A stretch of 64,000 bases of DNA. Source: Candidatus Eiseniibacteriota bacterium (GTDB lineage: Bacteria; Orphanbacterota; Orphanbacteria; Orphanbacterales; Orphanbacteraceae). Location of the stretch: contig JAFGGD010000034.1 in NCBI GenBank assembly GCA_016930695.1, positions 135,375 to 199,374 of the forward strand, written 5' to 3'. Within the stretch, counting starts at the first letter, position 1. The number at the start of each line of letters is the position of its first letter. A model generated the notes under the pieces. The model saw only the letters and a program-made list of their open reading frames with translations, was not told the origin of the DNA and ran no database searches. A program made the position numbers and the translations under genes. Positions 48,531-57,886 of this stretch are shown here, piece after piece.

Positions 48531-49396
48531 CGGGCCGTTTCAATCGTCCGGCGGCAATCGCATGGGCGCTTCTCCCTCTTCTTCTCGCCGCGGTTCCCGC
48601 GGCGGCGGCCCTCTCCGTACCGGGTCCCGTGGAGATCGCACTCCGCGCCGAGATCGACCGTCTTCCCGCGCCCGAGGATTGGGACGGCGCGGCGGAGCCG
48701 GGCCGGGCGGCCCCCGACCCGCGGCGCGCCTTCCTCTTCTCTCTGGTCGTGCCCGGCTCGGGGCAGCTCTACGCCTCCGGTTGGGACCTCACCTCCTGGT
48801 CCGCCGCCCGCGCGGCGGTTTACGTCTCCTTCGAGACGGTCGCCTGGGTGCAGCAGCAGAAATACAGAAACAGGGGGTGGGACAAGCAGGCGGAGTACCG
48901 CGCCTACGCGGACAAGAACTGGCACTGGCGCGCCGACTGCGCCGACTGGAACGGCGGCGACGGCGCGATCGACAACGATCCCTTCGTGTATGAACCGAAC
49001 ATTACGGGCGATTGGTACATCGATACCGACCCGGAGTATCTCGAGTTCTACGAGGATATCCACAAGCTGCAGAAGTGGATCTGCGGCTGGGACGACTACG
49101 GTCATGTGGGGCAGGACGACGGGGAGAAGTTCGAGATCGTGGAAGGAAGCGGGATCTACCGGACCCCCCTCTCCGTGGAATACACCGAAATGCGCCGCGA
49201 GCAGAACGAACTGATGACCAACGCCGATCATTGGCAGAGGGGGATCGTGGCGAACCACATCCTCTCCGCTTTCGACGCCTTTTTCACCGCCCGGCGAATC
49301 GCCCGCGGCGAGGGTGAGGGGAACGGCCCCCTCCTCCGCTTCGGCGCGCCGGCGGGCGGCCCCGGCGCCTCGCTGGGACTGGCCTGGAGGTTTTAA
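48527..49396 (+). CDS. hypothetical secreted protein, paralog A (conserved 'AFLxSLxxPGxGQxY' segment)
   Basis: ATGA overlap with the upstream stop; signal peptide 'AWALLPLLLAAVPAAAA'. Shares 'RAFLFSLVVPGSGQLYASGWD' with the next gene's 'KAFLLSLLLPGLGQRYNEDT'. Confidence 0.55.
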   Translation: MTGRFNRPAAIAWALLPLLLAAVPAAAALSVPGPVEIALRAEIDRLPAPEDWDGAAEPGRAAPDPRRAFLFSLVVPGSGQLYASGWDLTSWSAARAAVYVSFETVAWVQQQKYRNRGWDKQAEYRAYADKNWHWRADCADWNGGDGAIDNDPFVYEPNITGDWYIDTDPEYLEFYEDIHKLQKWICGWDDYGHVGQDDGEKFEIVEGSGIYRTPLSVEYTEMRREQNELMTNADHWQRGIVANHILSAFDAFFTARRIARGEGEGNGPLLRFGAPAGGPGASLGLAWRF

Positions 49397-50176
49397 TTGC
49401 GAAGCGTCCGCGTCCTTCTCGTTCTTTTCCTCGCCCTCGCCGTCGCGTCCCCGCCGGCGCTCGGCTCCGGCCTGGATCGGGCGCTGCGGGCGGCCATCGA
49501 CGAGGAAACGGCCCATCGGGACCCCGCCGCCGGCGGCGACGACGGCGGCGCGCCGGGTCGGGAGGACCACTCCAAGCGAAAGGCGTTTCTCCTCTCCCTG
49601 CTTCTCCCCGGACTCGGGCAGCGCTACAACGAGGACACCCTCCGGAGCAGGGCCTTCTTCGCAGCCGAGGCGGCGGTCTGGACCGCCTTCATCGTCTACA
49701 AGCTGCAGGAGAATTGGCGGACCGACGATTTCGAGGAATACGCCCGGGCCTACGCGGGCGTGCCGGCGGGGGAGAAAGACACCGAGTACTATCGCATTCT
49801 GACGATTTACGACAACAGCGATGACTACAACATGGCGGTGCGTATCGAGGCGCGGCAGATCTATCCGACGGATCCGGCGGCGCAGGATGCGTACTACGCC
49901 GCCAATGCCTACGGTGACGACCGGGAGTTCCGGTGGCGCACCAACAGCAACCGCCTCGACTACCGGGTGATCCGCAACGACGCGATCGACTCGGGGAAGA
50001 GGGCGGATTACGCACTCACGGCCGCGCTGATCAACCGGGCGATCAGCGCCGTCGAAGCCTCCCGAGGCGCGGGGCGCTGGAGCCCGGTGCGCCGGGCCGC
50101 GTCCCACATCCGCCTCGACACGACCCCCGAGGGGGATCCGACGGGGCTTCGCGTGGGGTGGACCACCCGCTTCTGA
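49397..50176 (+). CDS. hypothetical secreted protein, paralog B
   Basis: TTG start directly after the paralog A stop; signal peptide 'VLLVLFLALAVASPPALG'. Same conserved hydrophobic/GQxY segment followed by an aromatic W/Y-rich region. Confidence 0.5.
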   Translation: MRSVRVLLVLFLALAVASPPALGSGLDRALRAAIDEETAHRDPAAGGDDGGAPGREDHSKRKAFLLSLLLPGLGQRYNEDTLRSRAFFAAEAAVWTAFIVYKLQENWRTDDFEEYARAYAGVPAGEKDTEYYRILTIYDNSDDYNMAVRIEARQIYPTDPAAQDAYYAANAYGDDREFRWRTNSNRLDYRVIRNDAIDSGKRADYALTAALINRAISAVEASRGAGRWSPVRRAASHIRLDTTPEGDPTGLRVGWTTRF

Positions 50177-50198
50177 CGTCCCGGAGGGAGGTCCGCCC

Positions 50199-51125
50199 GT
50201 GACTCCTCGCCTCCCCTTGATTCTCGGCGCTCTTCTCCTCTGCTTCGCTCTTCCCGCGAGGTCCGATATCGTTTATGTTCGTAGCTTTGGCGGCGGTTCG
50301 ACCTCGGAGAACCGCCTCTCCGCACCCGCGGGTCTTTCCGTCGGTTTCGAGGGGATGCTTTGGGTCGCCGACGCCGCCGAAAACCGGGTGCTCGCTTTTG
50401 ATTCCACCGGCGCGGAGAGGATGAGGATCGGTTACGCCGGCTCCGGGGAGGGACGCTTCCTGGAGCCCACCGACGTGGCCGCCGGAGAGGGACTCCACCT
50501 CTACGTGTTGGACGCGGGAAACGAACGGGTTCAGGTTTTCGACCGTTACGGCCAGTTCAACGAGGTGATCCTCTCCCGGGAGGCGGGGACGATCGGCGTT
50601 CCCGTCGGGATCGAGGCGGATCCTTTCGGCCGCCTCTACGTGACCGACGCCGAGGAGGATCTCGTCAGGGTCTTCCGTTCCTACACCGGCGAGGAGGAGT
50701 TCACCCTCGGCGGATTCGGCGCCGAGGAGGGGCGGTTCCGCCTCCCCGCCGACGTGGCGGCGGACCGGGCGCGGCGGATCTACGTAGCGGACCGGGAGAA
50801 CGGGAGGATCCAGGTGTTCGACGCGCTCGGCGCGTTCCTCTACGCCTTCGGCGCCGAGGACGGGCCCGGGCGGCTTGTCGAACCGGCGGCGGTGGCGGTG
50901 GACCGTTTCGGGTTCATCTTCGTCGCCGACGCCGGGGAGGGCCGCCTGGCGGTTTACCGGCAGGGGGGCGTCTTCGCGGCGGAGGTTCGGAACCTGCCGG
51001 ACGGCGCCGCTCTCGGCTCGCCGCGGGGGGTCGCCGTCGGCGAAGGCGGAATCCTTTATGTGTCGGACACGGAGAACGGCCGGATCCATCAGTTCCGCTA
51101 CGCGTTCCCGGCCCGTGCGCGCTAG
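50199..51125 (+). CDS. NHL-repeat beta-propeller protein, secreted
   Basis: Signal peptide; six NHL-type repeats ('LWVADAAENRVLAFD', 'LYVLDAGNERVQVFD', 'IYVADRENGRIQVFD', 'LYVSDTENGRIHQF'). Confidence 0.75.
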   Translation: MTPRLPLILGALLLCFALPARSDIVYVRSFGGGSTSENRLSAPAGLSVGFEGMLWVADAAENRVLAFDSTGAERMRIGYAGSGEGRFLEPTDVAAGEGLHLYVLDAGNERVQVFDRYGQFNEVILSREAGTIGVPVGIEADPFGRLYVTDAEEDLVRVFRSYTGEEEFTLGGFGAEEGRFRLPADVAADRARRIYVADRENGRIQVFDALGAFLYAFGAEDGPGRLVEPAAVAVDRFGFIFVADAGEGRLAVYRQGGVFAAEVRNLPDGAALGSPRGVAVGEGGILYVSDTENGRIHQFRYAFPARAR

Positions 51126-54100
51126 CCTGGCGCTGGCGGCGCTCCTCTTGGCGGCGCCGCCCCTCTTCGCCCAAGGCCGGGCGATGCTCGGCGAACGGAC
51201 CTACCGGATCGGCGCGGTGGAGGAACCCATCACCGGCGCCGACCACACCGGCCCTTATGCCCTTTCCCGAACCCATCTCTACGAAGGGAGCGAAGCCGTT
51301 CACTTGCACGGCGCCGACCTCGTCCGGGAGAGGGATTATTGGATCCGCTACGATCGGGGGGAACTGACCTTCGCCGAGCCGCTCTCCCCGGAGGACACGG
51401 TCCTCGTCTCCTACCGCTGCCTTCCCATCTCGATCCCGTCGGAACGAGTGCTGCACAAGTTTCGTCTCGCCGAAGGAGGGGAGGAGGCCGTGATGGTCGA
51501 CGAACGGGAGCCGTCGCCCATGGCGGGCCCCCTCGACACCGGCGCCCTCCGCGTCGGAGGCAGCAAGAGCTTCGCCGTCCTGATCGGTTCGGGGAGGGAG
51601 TTGACCCTGGAGCAGTCGCTTCGGATGAGCGTCACGGGAAACCTGACGCCGACGGTGCGTGTCACCGCCCGCCTGACCGACCAGAACCTCCCCTTTCAAC
51701 CCGAAGGCCGCTCGGAGCGGCTGGAGGAGCTGGACGAAGTCCTGGTGCGCATCGAATCCCCCCGGGCCGAGGCGACCCTCGGCGATTACGCGGTCCGTTA
51801 CGACGACACCCGCTTCGGCCGCTACGAGCGGGTGCTGAAGGGGGCCCTCGGCGCGGTGCGCGCCGGACCCGCCGAGGCGGAGATATCCGGCGGCGTCTCG
51901 CGAGGCGATTTCCGCTCCGTGGAAATTCGGGGCGTGGAGGGGAAGCAGGGTCCCTACCGGATCCTGGAGATCTCCGCCCTCGGGCCGGTGGTGTCGGCGG
52001 GGAGCGAGCGCGTTTTCCTGGACGGTGTGATGATGACCCGGGGGGACGACAACGATTACGTGATCGACTACGCCGAAGGGACGATCTCTTTCAACCCGAG
52101 CCGTCCCATCGGTTCGGAGAGCCGGATCGCCGTCGATTTTCAGGCGAGCGGCGACCGGTATCGCCGGGTCTTTCTCACGGGCCGGCTCCGCGCCCACACG
52201 GAGGACGACCGTTACGGCTTCGGCCTGACGGTGCTTTCCGAGAGCGACGACGCGGACGAGCCGGAGGCGGTCGTTCTCGGCGAAGCGGAGAAGGACTCGC
52301 TCCGCGCGTCCGGGGATAGGCAGCCTCTCGGGACGTCCGCCCGTTATCTCGAGGAGGGCGGGGATTACGACACCACCGGCGGATATTTCGTTTATGCGGG
52401 AAGAGATTCGGGCGATTTCGCCGTTTCCTTCCGGCAGGTGGCGTCCGGCGAGGGAGCATACGTCGACTCGATCTCCGAGGAGTGGGGGCGGAGAATCTTC
52501 ATTCACGTCGGCGAGGGGCGGGGGAACTACACTCCTCTGGTCCCCCTGCCGCTTCCCGAAAGCCACAGCCTGATCGGTTTCTCCGGGAAGGCGCGCCCCT
52601 TCCATGCGCTCTCCCTGGAGGCGGAGGCGGCGTGGAGCGACCGGGACCGGAACACCCTCTCTCCTCTGGACGACGGCGACAACACCGGCTCCGGCGCCCG
52701 CGTCGAGGCGCGCCTCGATCCCGTTCCCGTCGGCCCCGAGAAGGCCCGTTTGGGCGAGGTCGGCGTGCGCGGGTCCTGGCGGAGCGTGTCGGAGAACTTC
52801 GAGCCTCTCGGCCGCTACCGGGGACCGCAATGGGACGAGCGCTGGATGACCGGCGATCTCGCGCGGGCTATCGGTCCCGGCCGGAGAGAGGATGATTTCC
52901 TGGGCGCCGGCGACGCTTTCGCCTCCCGGGGGCGCGAGAACGAAGCGGAGGGGGAGGGGACTTTCCGGCGAGCGACGCCGCTGGGGACTTTGCGTTTCTC
53001 CGGCGAAGGGGGAAGGCTCGAGCGGGACGAATTCCACGCCCGGCGATGGTCCTGGAAGAGCTCCATCGAGAGAGAGAGGCGTTTCGCCGTCGACTTTACG
53101 GGCGAGAGGATCACGAGTGAAGAAGCGGACACTCTGGAGGGGGAAACCTTCCGTCGGGCCGGCGGCGCGTCGGTTCGGATCGGTCCGGTCCGGCCTTTTC
53201 TCCGTCTCGGCCGGGAGAGGCGTGAGTTCCTTCACGCGGGAGGGGAGCGAAGGGGGGACAGGGGGATTGAGAAGCGCGCCGGTTTCGCCTGGGGAGATGC
53301 CGCCGCTTTCACCGGGGAAACATCCGTGACGTTCGAGACTCGGGACTATCTCGATTCGCTTGTCGGCGATTGGGAAGAGTGGTACGAGGCGCGGACCGAC
53401 GAGGTGTCCGTGGACTGGCGCGGCCCGGTTTCGCTCCACGCCCTTTACCGGGGAAGGGGATTGGACTACGGCGAGCGGGTGACGGAGGGGAACCGCCGGA
53501 GCGATCTGGGGCGGATCGAGCTCAGGCACGGCGGATGGGGCGGCCTGGTTCGCGGAAATTGGACCTATGAAGTAACCACCGAGGAGAGCCGTTCCCGCAG
53601 GAAGGTTCTTCTCCGCGCGCCGAAGGGGGAAGAGGCGGATTACGACAGCCTGGGCAACTATTTCCCCGGCGAGGGGACCTTCAACCAGGAGATCGTGGAG
53701 GGTGGCGCGGAGCCGCTCATCGATCTGGAGGCGGGGGGGACGATACGGATCGAACCGGGGAGGATCGGCGAACCGGGCCGTTTCCGTAAGGGGCTCCGCT
53801 CCGAAACCGTGATCCGGGTGAGCGAGAGGACGACCACCGACGATGCGGCTTCCCTCCTGCTCCTCGATCCTTCGGCGTTTCAGAGAAACGACGCCACTCT
53901 TCGCGGGAGCGCGTCGATCCGTCAGGAGTTTCGCTGGACCGATCCGCTCTCCGACGCGGGATTCTACCTGCGTTATTACCGGGAGGAGCGCGAGGAGAAC
54001 GAGTACGAGACGATCCACCGGGACGACAGCGTGCGGGAGATTCTTGGAAGGGCGAAACTGCCCTTCTCGCCGGCGGTCGCGACGGAGTTGGAGTGGACGA

Positions 54101-54528
54101 GACGGTCGGAGCGGGAGGATTCCAACGACCGCCGCGCCGTCGATCTGACCAGTGACGACTGGGTCGCGGCGGTTCTGGTGCAGACCGGCCCCCGCTGGAG
54201 GCTCCGGCTCCCCGGGGCGGTCCGTTCGGACAGGGAGAAGGTCCGTGAGGAGGAGCTTCTCGAGGTGCGCGTCGAGCCGGAGGGAACGCTCCACTTGGCC
54301 GCTCGGGGGAGGCTCGACACCCGTTTCGTCTACAGCCGTTTTCTGCGGGAGAATCTGGAGCGCGCCGGATCCTTCCTCAGGAACCGCAAGGAAGGTCTTC
54401 GCTGGAGGGTGCAGTTCGTCTACGAGTGGAACACCGTGCTCTCGTCCACCGTCTCCTACAGCGGCGAAAACCTGAAAGGCGAGGATACCGAGCAGAGGTT
54501 TCGGGCGGAGATGCGCGCGTATTTCTAG
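51115..54528 (+). CDS. large (1137 aa) secreted/outer-membrane-associated hypothetical protein; possibly a TamB/AsmA-like partner of the adjacent Omp85 (speculative)
   Basis: GTG start overlaps the upstream gene by 11 nt; signal peptide 'ASLALAALLLAAPPLFAQG'; beta-rich and charged; C-terminus '...RFRAEMRAYF'. Encoded immediately upstream of a 3-POTRA Omp85. Confidence 0.6.
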   Translation: MRASLALAALLLAAPPLFAQGRAMLGERTYRIGAVEEPITGADHTGPYALSRTHLYEGSEAVHLHGADLVRERDYWIRYDRGELTFAEPLSPEDTVLVSYRCLPISIPSERVLHKFRLAEGGEEAVMVDEREPSPMAGPLDTGALRVGGSKSFAVLIGSGRELTLEQSLRMSVTGNLTPTVRVTARLTDQNLPFQPEGRSERLEELDEVLVRIESPRAEATLGDYAVRYDDTRFGRYERVLKGALGAVRAGPAEAEISGGVSRGDFRSVEIRGVEGKQGPYRILEISALGPVVSAGSERVFLDGVMMTRGDDNDYVIDYAEGTISFNPSRPIGSESRIAVDFQASGDRYRRVFLTGRLRAHTEDDRYGFGLTVLSESDDADEPEAVVLGEAEKDSLRASGDRQPLGTSARYLEEGGDYDTTGGYFVYAGRDSGDFAVSFRQVASGEGAYVDSISEEWGRRIFIHVGEGRGNYTPLVPLPLPESHSLIGFSGKARPFHALSLEAEAAWSDRDRNTLSPLDDGDNTGSGARVEARLDPVPVGPEKARLGEVGVRGSWRSVSENFEPLGRYRGPQWDERWMTGDLARAIGPGRREDDFLGAGDAFASRGRENEAEGEGTFRRATPLGTLRFSGEGGRLERDEFHARRWSWKSSIERERRFAVDFTGERITSEEADTLEGETFRRAGGASVRIGPVRPFLRLGRERREFLHAGGERRGDRGIEKRAGFAWGDAAAFTGETSVTFETRDYLDSLVGDWEEWYEARTDEVSVDWRGPVSLHALYRGRGLDYGERVTEGNRRSDLGRIELRHGGWGGLVRGNWTYEVTTEESRSRRKVLLRAPKGEEADYDSLGNYFPGEGTFNQEIVEGGAEPLIDLEAGGTIRIEPGRIGEPGRFRKGLRSETVIRVSERTTTDDAASLLLLDPSAFQRNDATLRGSASIRQEFRWTDPLSDAGFYLRYYREEREENEYETIHRDDSVREILGRAKLPFSPAVATELEWTRRSEREDSNDRRAVDLTSDDWVAAVLVQTGPRWRLRLPGAVRSDREKVREEELLEVRVEPEGTLHLAARGRLDTRFVYSRFLRENLERAGSFLRNRKEGLRWRVQFVYEWNTVLSSTVSYSGENLKGEDTEQRFRAEMRAYF

Positions 54529-54608
54529 GGGAATGCCGATCCGACGATCGGAATCACCCCGGGGCGCGGGAAGGGCGATGAGGAGTCCGGTGCGGGGAGT
54601 CATGAAGT

Positions 54609-56372
54609 TTGAGAAGTAAAGGTACAATTCGAATTCTCCGGCCGGCGGTCCTTCTTCTCGCCGCGTTCCTTCTCGCCGCGGGCGACGTGTCCGGAGAAAG
54701 GATCGGATCGATCCGGATCGAGGGGAACCAGGCCTTTCCCGGGGACCGCGCGCTGGAGGCGCTCGATCTGGCGCCCGGAGGGGAGTGGAGCGCCCGCGAG
54801 GAATCGGTCGCCGTTCTTCGCCTTCTGGACCGCTACGCGCGCGCCGGCTACCTGGAGGCGGAGGCGTCGGTCCGCGTCTTCTCCGCGCCCGGGGGTGCCG
54901 TCGATCTGGAACTGACGATCCGGGAGGGACCTTTCCTGCCGTTGGTGCGGGTCGATATCGAAGGGACCCGCGCCCTCCCCGTGGAGGAGATCCGGGGGCG
55001 GATCGACACGCGACCGGGACGGGTGCTGAACGCCGCCCGTCTGGAGGAAGACCTGGACAGGACGCTGCGGCGCTACGCGTCGTCCGGCTATCCCTTCGCC
55101 CGGATCCTGACCAGCCGGGTGGAACGTTCGGGCGACCCCGAGGGGATCGCCCTCCGTTTGCAGGTGGTGGAAGGTCCCTTCCTCACCCTCGGCGACATCC
55201 GCGTGACCGGGAACCGGAGCACGCGCGCCTCGGTGATCCGCCGCCTCTCGGGCCTCCGCTTCGGCGAGCCCTACGATCAGGACGCCGTGGAAGCGGGCCG
55301 GGATCGACTCCTCCGCTCCGGCCTCTTCCGCACCGTCTCCGACCCGACGACGCGTGTCGAGTGGAAGGAGAAAGAGGCGGTGGTGGAGTACGCCGTCGAG
55401 GAGGGACGGCACAACCGGATCACCGGGGTCGTCGGATACGCCCCCGGCCCGAACGGGGGGGACGCGGTGATCAGCGGTTTCGTCGATCTCTCCTTCCGGA
55501 ACATACTGGGCACCGCCCGGAGCGCGGAGATCCGCTGGGAGAGGGTGACGCCCGAGACGCGGCACGCCCGGATCGCCTACCGCGAGCCGTGGGTCCTCGG
55601 CACCCCCTTCTCCCTCGGAGGAGAGATGGCGCAGGTGCTGCGCGATTCCACCTACTCCCGTTTCACCGGCGACCTCACCTCCGACGTGGAACTCTCCCGA
55701 AGAGTGCGCGCCGATTTCCGTTTCGGCGGCGAGACGATGCGTCCGAGGCGGGAGGCGGCGCCGGTGCCGCGGAGCCGCCGTGCGTGGGGGGGGATCGGTT
55801 TCTCTTATGAGGGGAGGGACTATCCGGCCAATCCGACCGGTGGTTGGAAGGCGCGCCTCGGCGGGGAGTACGCGGAGCGGCGGATCGACGAGGAGCCGGA
55901 GCGCGGGTTCGAGGGGAAGAGGGTGCGGCAGGCGACATTGGATGCGGCGGTCGGCCTCTACCATCGCGTGGGCCGAAGGGGGGTGCTCGCCTGGGAGGGA
56001 GAGGGGATCGGCCGCTATACGAACGCGTCCTACGTTCCCGCCTACGACCAGTTCTACCTGGGGGGCGCCACCACGCTTCGGGGATACGACGAGGACCGCT
56101 TCCTCGGCGAGAGGATCGCCTGGTCCCGCCTGGAGGCGCGGGTTCTGCTCGGTCCCCTTTCCCGCGCCTTCCTCTTCTTCGACAGCGGTTGGGTCTTCCG
56201 GCGCTTCGAGGAAGGGGATAGCATCGCCCATTCCACGATCGTCCGGCACGGCTACGGTTTCGGTATCCGCGTCGACTCGGCGATCGGCCTGCTGGGCGTC
56301 GACTTCGGCATCGGCCAGGGGGACGGCTTCTCGGACGCCAAGATCCATGTGAGCGCCGAGGGGACCTTCTGA
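54609..56372 (+). CDS. Omp85 family outer membrane protein assembly factor (TamA/BamA-like; 3 POTRA domains plus 16-strand barrel)
   Basis: TTG start; signal peptide; three POTRA-like units ('IRIEGNQAF', 'VRVDIEGTRALP', 'IRVTGNRSTRAS') and a D15 barrel ending 'HVSAEGTF'. Confidence 0.75.
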   Translation: MRSKGTIRILRPAVLLLAAFLLAAGDVSGERIGSIRIEGNQAFPGDRALEALDLAPGGEWSAREESVAVLRLLDRYARAGYLEAEASVRVFSAPGGAVDLELTIREGPFLPLVRVDIEGTRALPVEEIRGRIDTRPGRVLNAARLEEDLDRTLRRYASSGYPFARILTSRVERSGDPEGIALRLQVVEGPFLTLGDIRVTGNRSTRASVIRRLSGLRFGEPYDQDAVEAGRDRLLRSGLFRTVSDPTTRVEWKEKEAVVEYAVEEGRHNRITGVVGYAPGPNGGDAVISGFVDLSFRNILGTARSAEIRWERVTPETRHARIAYREPWVLGTPFSLGGEMAQVLRDSTYSRFTGDLTSDVELSRRVRADFRFGGETMRPRREAAPVPRSRRAWGGIGFSYEGRDYPANPTGGWKARLGGEYAERRIDEEPERGFEGKRVRQATLDAAVGLYHRVGRRGVLAWEGEGIGRYTNASYVPAYDQFYLGGATTLRGYDEDRFLGERIAWSRLEARVLLGPLSRAFLFFDSGWVFRRFEEGDSIAHSTIVRHGYGFGIRVDSAIGLLGVDFGIGQGDGFSDAKIHVSAEGTF

Positions 56373-56442
56373 GGCGCACCGCGCTCCCCGCCGCTCGCGT
56401 TTTATCCTTGTTCTGATTTCTTTTTCCCTATAGTATGCGGCC

Positions 56443-56910
56443 ATGATGAGTCGAAGCCGGCGCCTAAAAAAGGAGCCGCGTTTTTCCCGCCTGCCGCGGC
56501 GGGGGCGGGAGGCGCTCTGCCTTCTCTCGGCACTCCTCATCGCCGTTCCGGGGTGCGGCGTCCGGAACCTGAAGAGGATCCAAGCCGCGCCGGATCAGCA
56601 CGGGATCCTGGACGCCCGATCTCCCTATCTAAAGGTTTATCTGAAAAACGGCGAACTCTGTCTTCTCCGCGACTGGAGCGTGAACGAAGAGGCGGGCGTG
56701 GTGGCCGGAACCGGGGAGCGCCTCGGCCCCGACCGGGAACTGATCGACTCCGGGGAGTACGCGGTTCCCGCCGATTCGGTGGTTCTCCTCGAGACCAACC
56801 GCGCTCCGGTCTCGGGGAATCTGATCCCTCTCGTTCTCGTCACTATCGTCTCCCTCGTCACCACGGTGGTCGTCATCCACGATCCTCCGTCCTTTGAGAT
56901 CGGGGATTGA
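56443..56910 (+). CDS. hypothetical lipoprotein with a C-terminal hydrophobic segment
   Basis: Lipobox 'LIAVPGC'; TM-like 'LIPLVLVTIVSLVTTVVVI'. A -10-like TATAGT sits only ~8 nt upstream of the ATG, so the mRNA may be leaderless. Confidence 0.45.
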   Translation: MMSRSRRLKKEPRFSRLPRRGREALCLLSALLIAVPGCGVRNLKRIQAAPDQHGILDARSPYLKVYLKNGELCLLRDWSVNEEAGVVAGTGERLGPDRELIDSGEYAVPADSVVLLETNRAPVSGNLIPLVLVTIVSLVTTVVVIHDPPSFEIGD

Positions 56911-57013
56911 TGAAGAGGAGAGAGCCGGTGTCGAGCCGCGGGAAGGGGAGAGAGGGGGGCGCGGGACGATCTTCTCGCCCCGGAGTGCGCCGAATGAAGA
57001 ACGGGGAGCATCG

Positions 57014-57886
57014 ATGAGACGCCTGAACCGAGGGATCGTTCCGCCGCTCATCGGCATCCTTCTCGCCGGCTGCGGCGGGCCGCCGTCGAAACCGCCGCGG
57101 GGATGGCTCCCCTCCGCCAAGGAGGGGGAGCGTTCCGTCTGCGGCGGCTGGGTCGACATCCGTCTCCGCGAGCCTCTTCCCCGCGAATCCTGGCCGGAGC
57201 CTTGGGACGGCGAGGTGACCGTTTCCTTTGCGAACCTACACGACGGGCCTCGCGCCGGTTTCGGGAGCGATGTAGTCGGCGCGGTGAAACGGGGGGATTG
57301 TTATCGCCTCATCGAGGAGAAGGAGTTTTGGCTCCGGATCCGTCTGGACGACGGGGCGGAGGGATGGGTCTCCCGCCAGTATGTGAGCCGCAAACCGCTC
57401 AGTCCCCGGTCTCTCCGGGGGGAGCTGATCGCCGTGGAGGAGGACTCCCTCTTCCTCCTGCAGAGAGGCCGTCTGATCGGCGTTCCTCTGGAGAACGTGC
57501 GGGACGGTGTTCTCCGGCGCTTCGACAGCTCCGTGGATCATATTAAAATGTGGACCGCGCTCGGCGCGGTCAGCACCGTCACGCACAGCTTCCTATTGAT
57601 CTTCTCGCTCCCGCTCTGGCTTGTGGTGGGATTGCCGACGAGCCACGGAATCGGGAGGCTGGGCCGTGTCCGCTTCGACCGGGAAAAGACCGACCGCATC
57701 GCCCCCGGCGCGCGTTTCCCCGGCGGTTTCCCGGAGGGGATCGATCGGGACGCCATCCTCCCCGGCGAGGGGCGCGGCCCCTGTTCGGAGGATCGCGGCC
57801 GCGGGTCTCTCCCGATGAGGAAGGAGAGGGGGGGAGAATCGGCCGAAGACGCGGACCCGCTCGGCGCGGCAGGAGGTGCTCATTGA
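57014..57886 (+). CDS. hypothetical lipoprotein with an SH3b-like domain
   Basis: 'MRRLNRGIVPPLIGILLAGCGG' lipobox; 'GAVKRGDCYRLIEEKEFWLRIRLDDGAEGWV' is SH3-like. Stop overlaps the next gene (TTGA). Confidence 0.5.
   Translation: MRRLNRGIVPPLIGILLAGCGGPPSKPPRGWLPSAKEGERSVCGGWVDIRLREPLPRESWPEPWDGEVTVSFANLHDGPRAGFGSDVVGAVKRGDCYRLIEEKEFWLRIRLDDGAEGWVSRQYVSRKPLSPRSLRGELIAVEEDSLFLLQRGRLIGVPLENVRDGVLRRFDSSVDHIKMWTALGAVSTVTHSFLLIFSLPLWLVVGLPTSHGIGRLGRVRFDREKTDRIAPGARFPGGFPEGIDRDAILPGEGRGPCSEDRGRGSLPMRKERGGESAEDADPLGAAGGAH

Noticed and set aside
40493-54627. Antisense ORFs (40493..42547, 45333..48365, 50914..54627 on the minus strand) opposite the protease and outer-membrane genes
   Set aside because: Low-complexity R/G/E/D-rich translations; the sense-strand genes have clear catalytic motifs.
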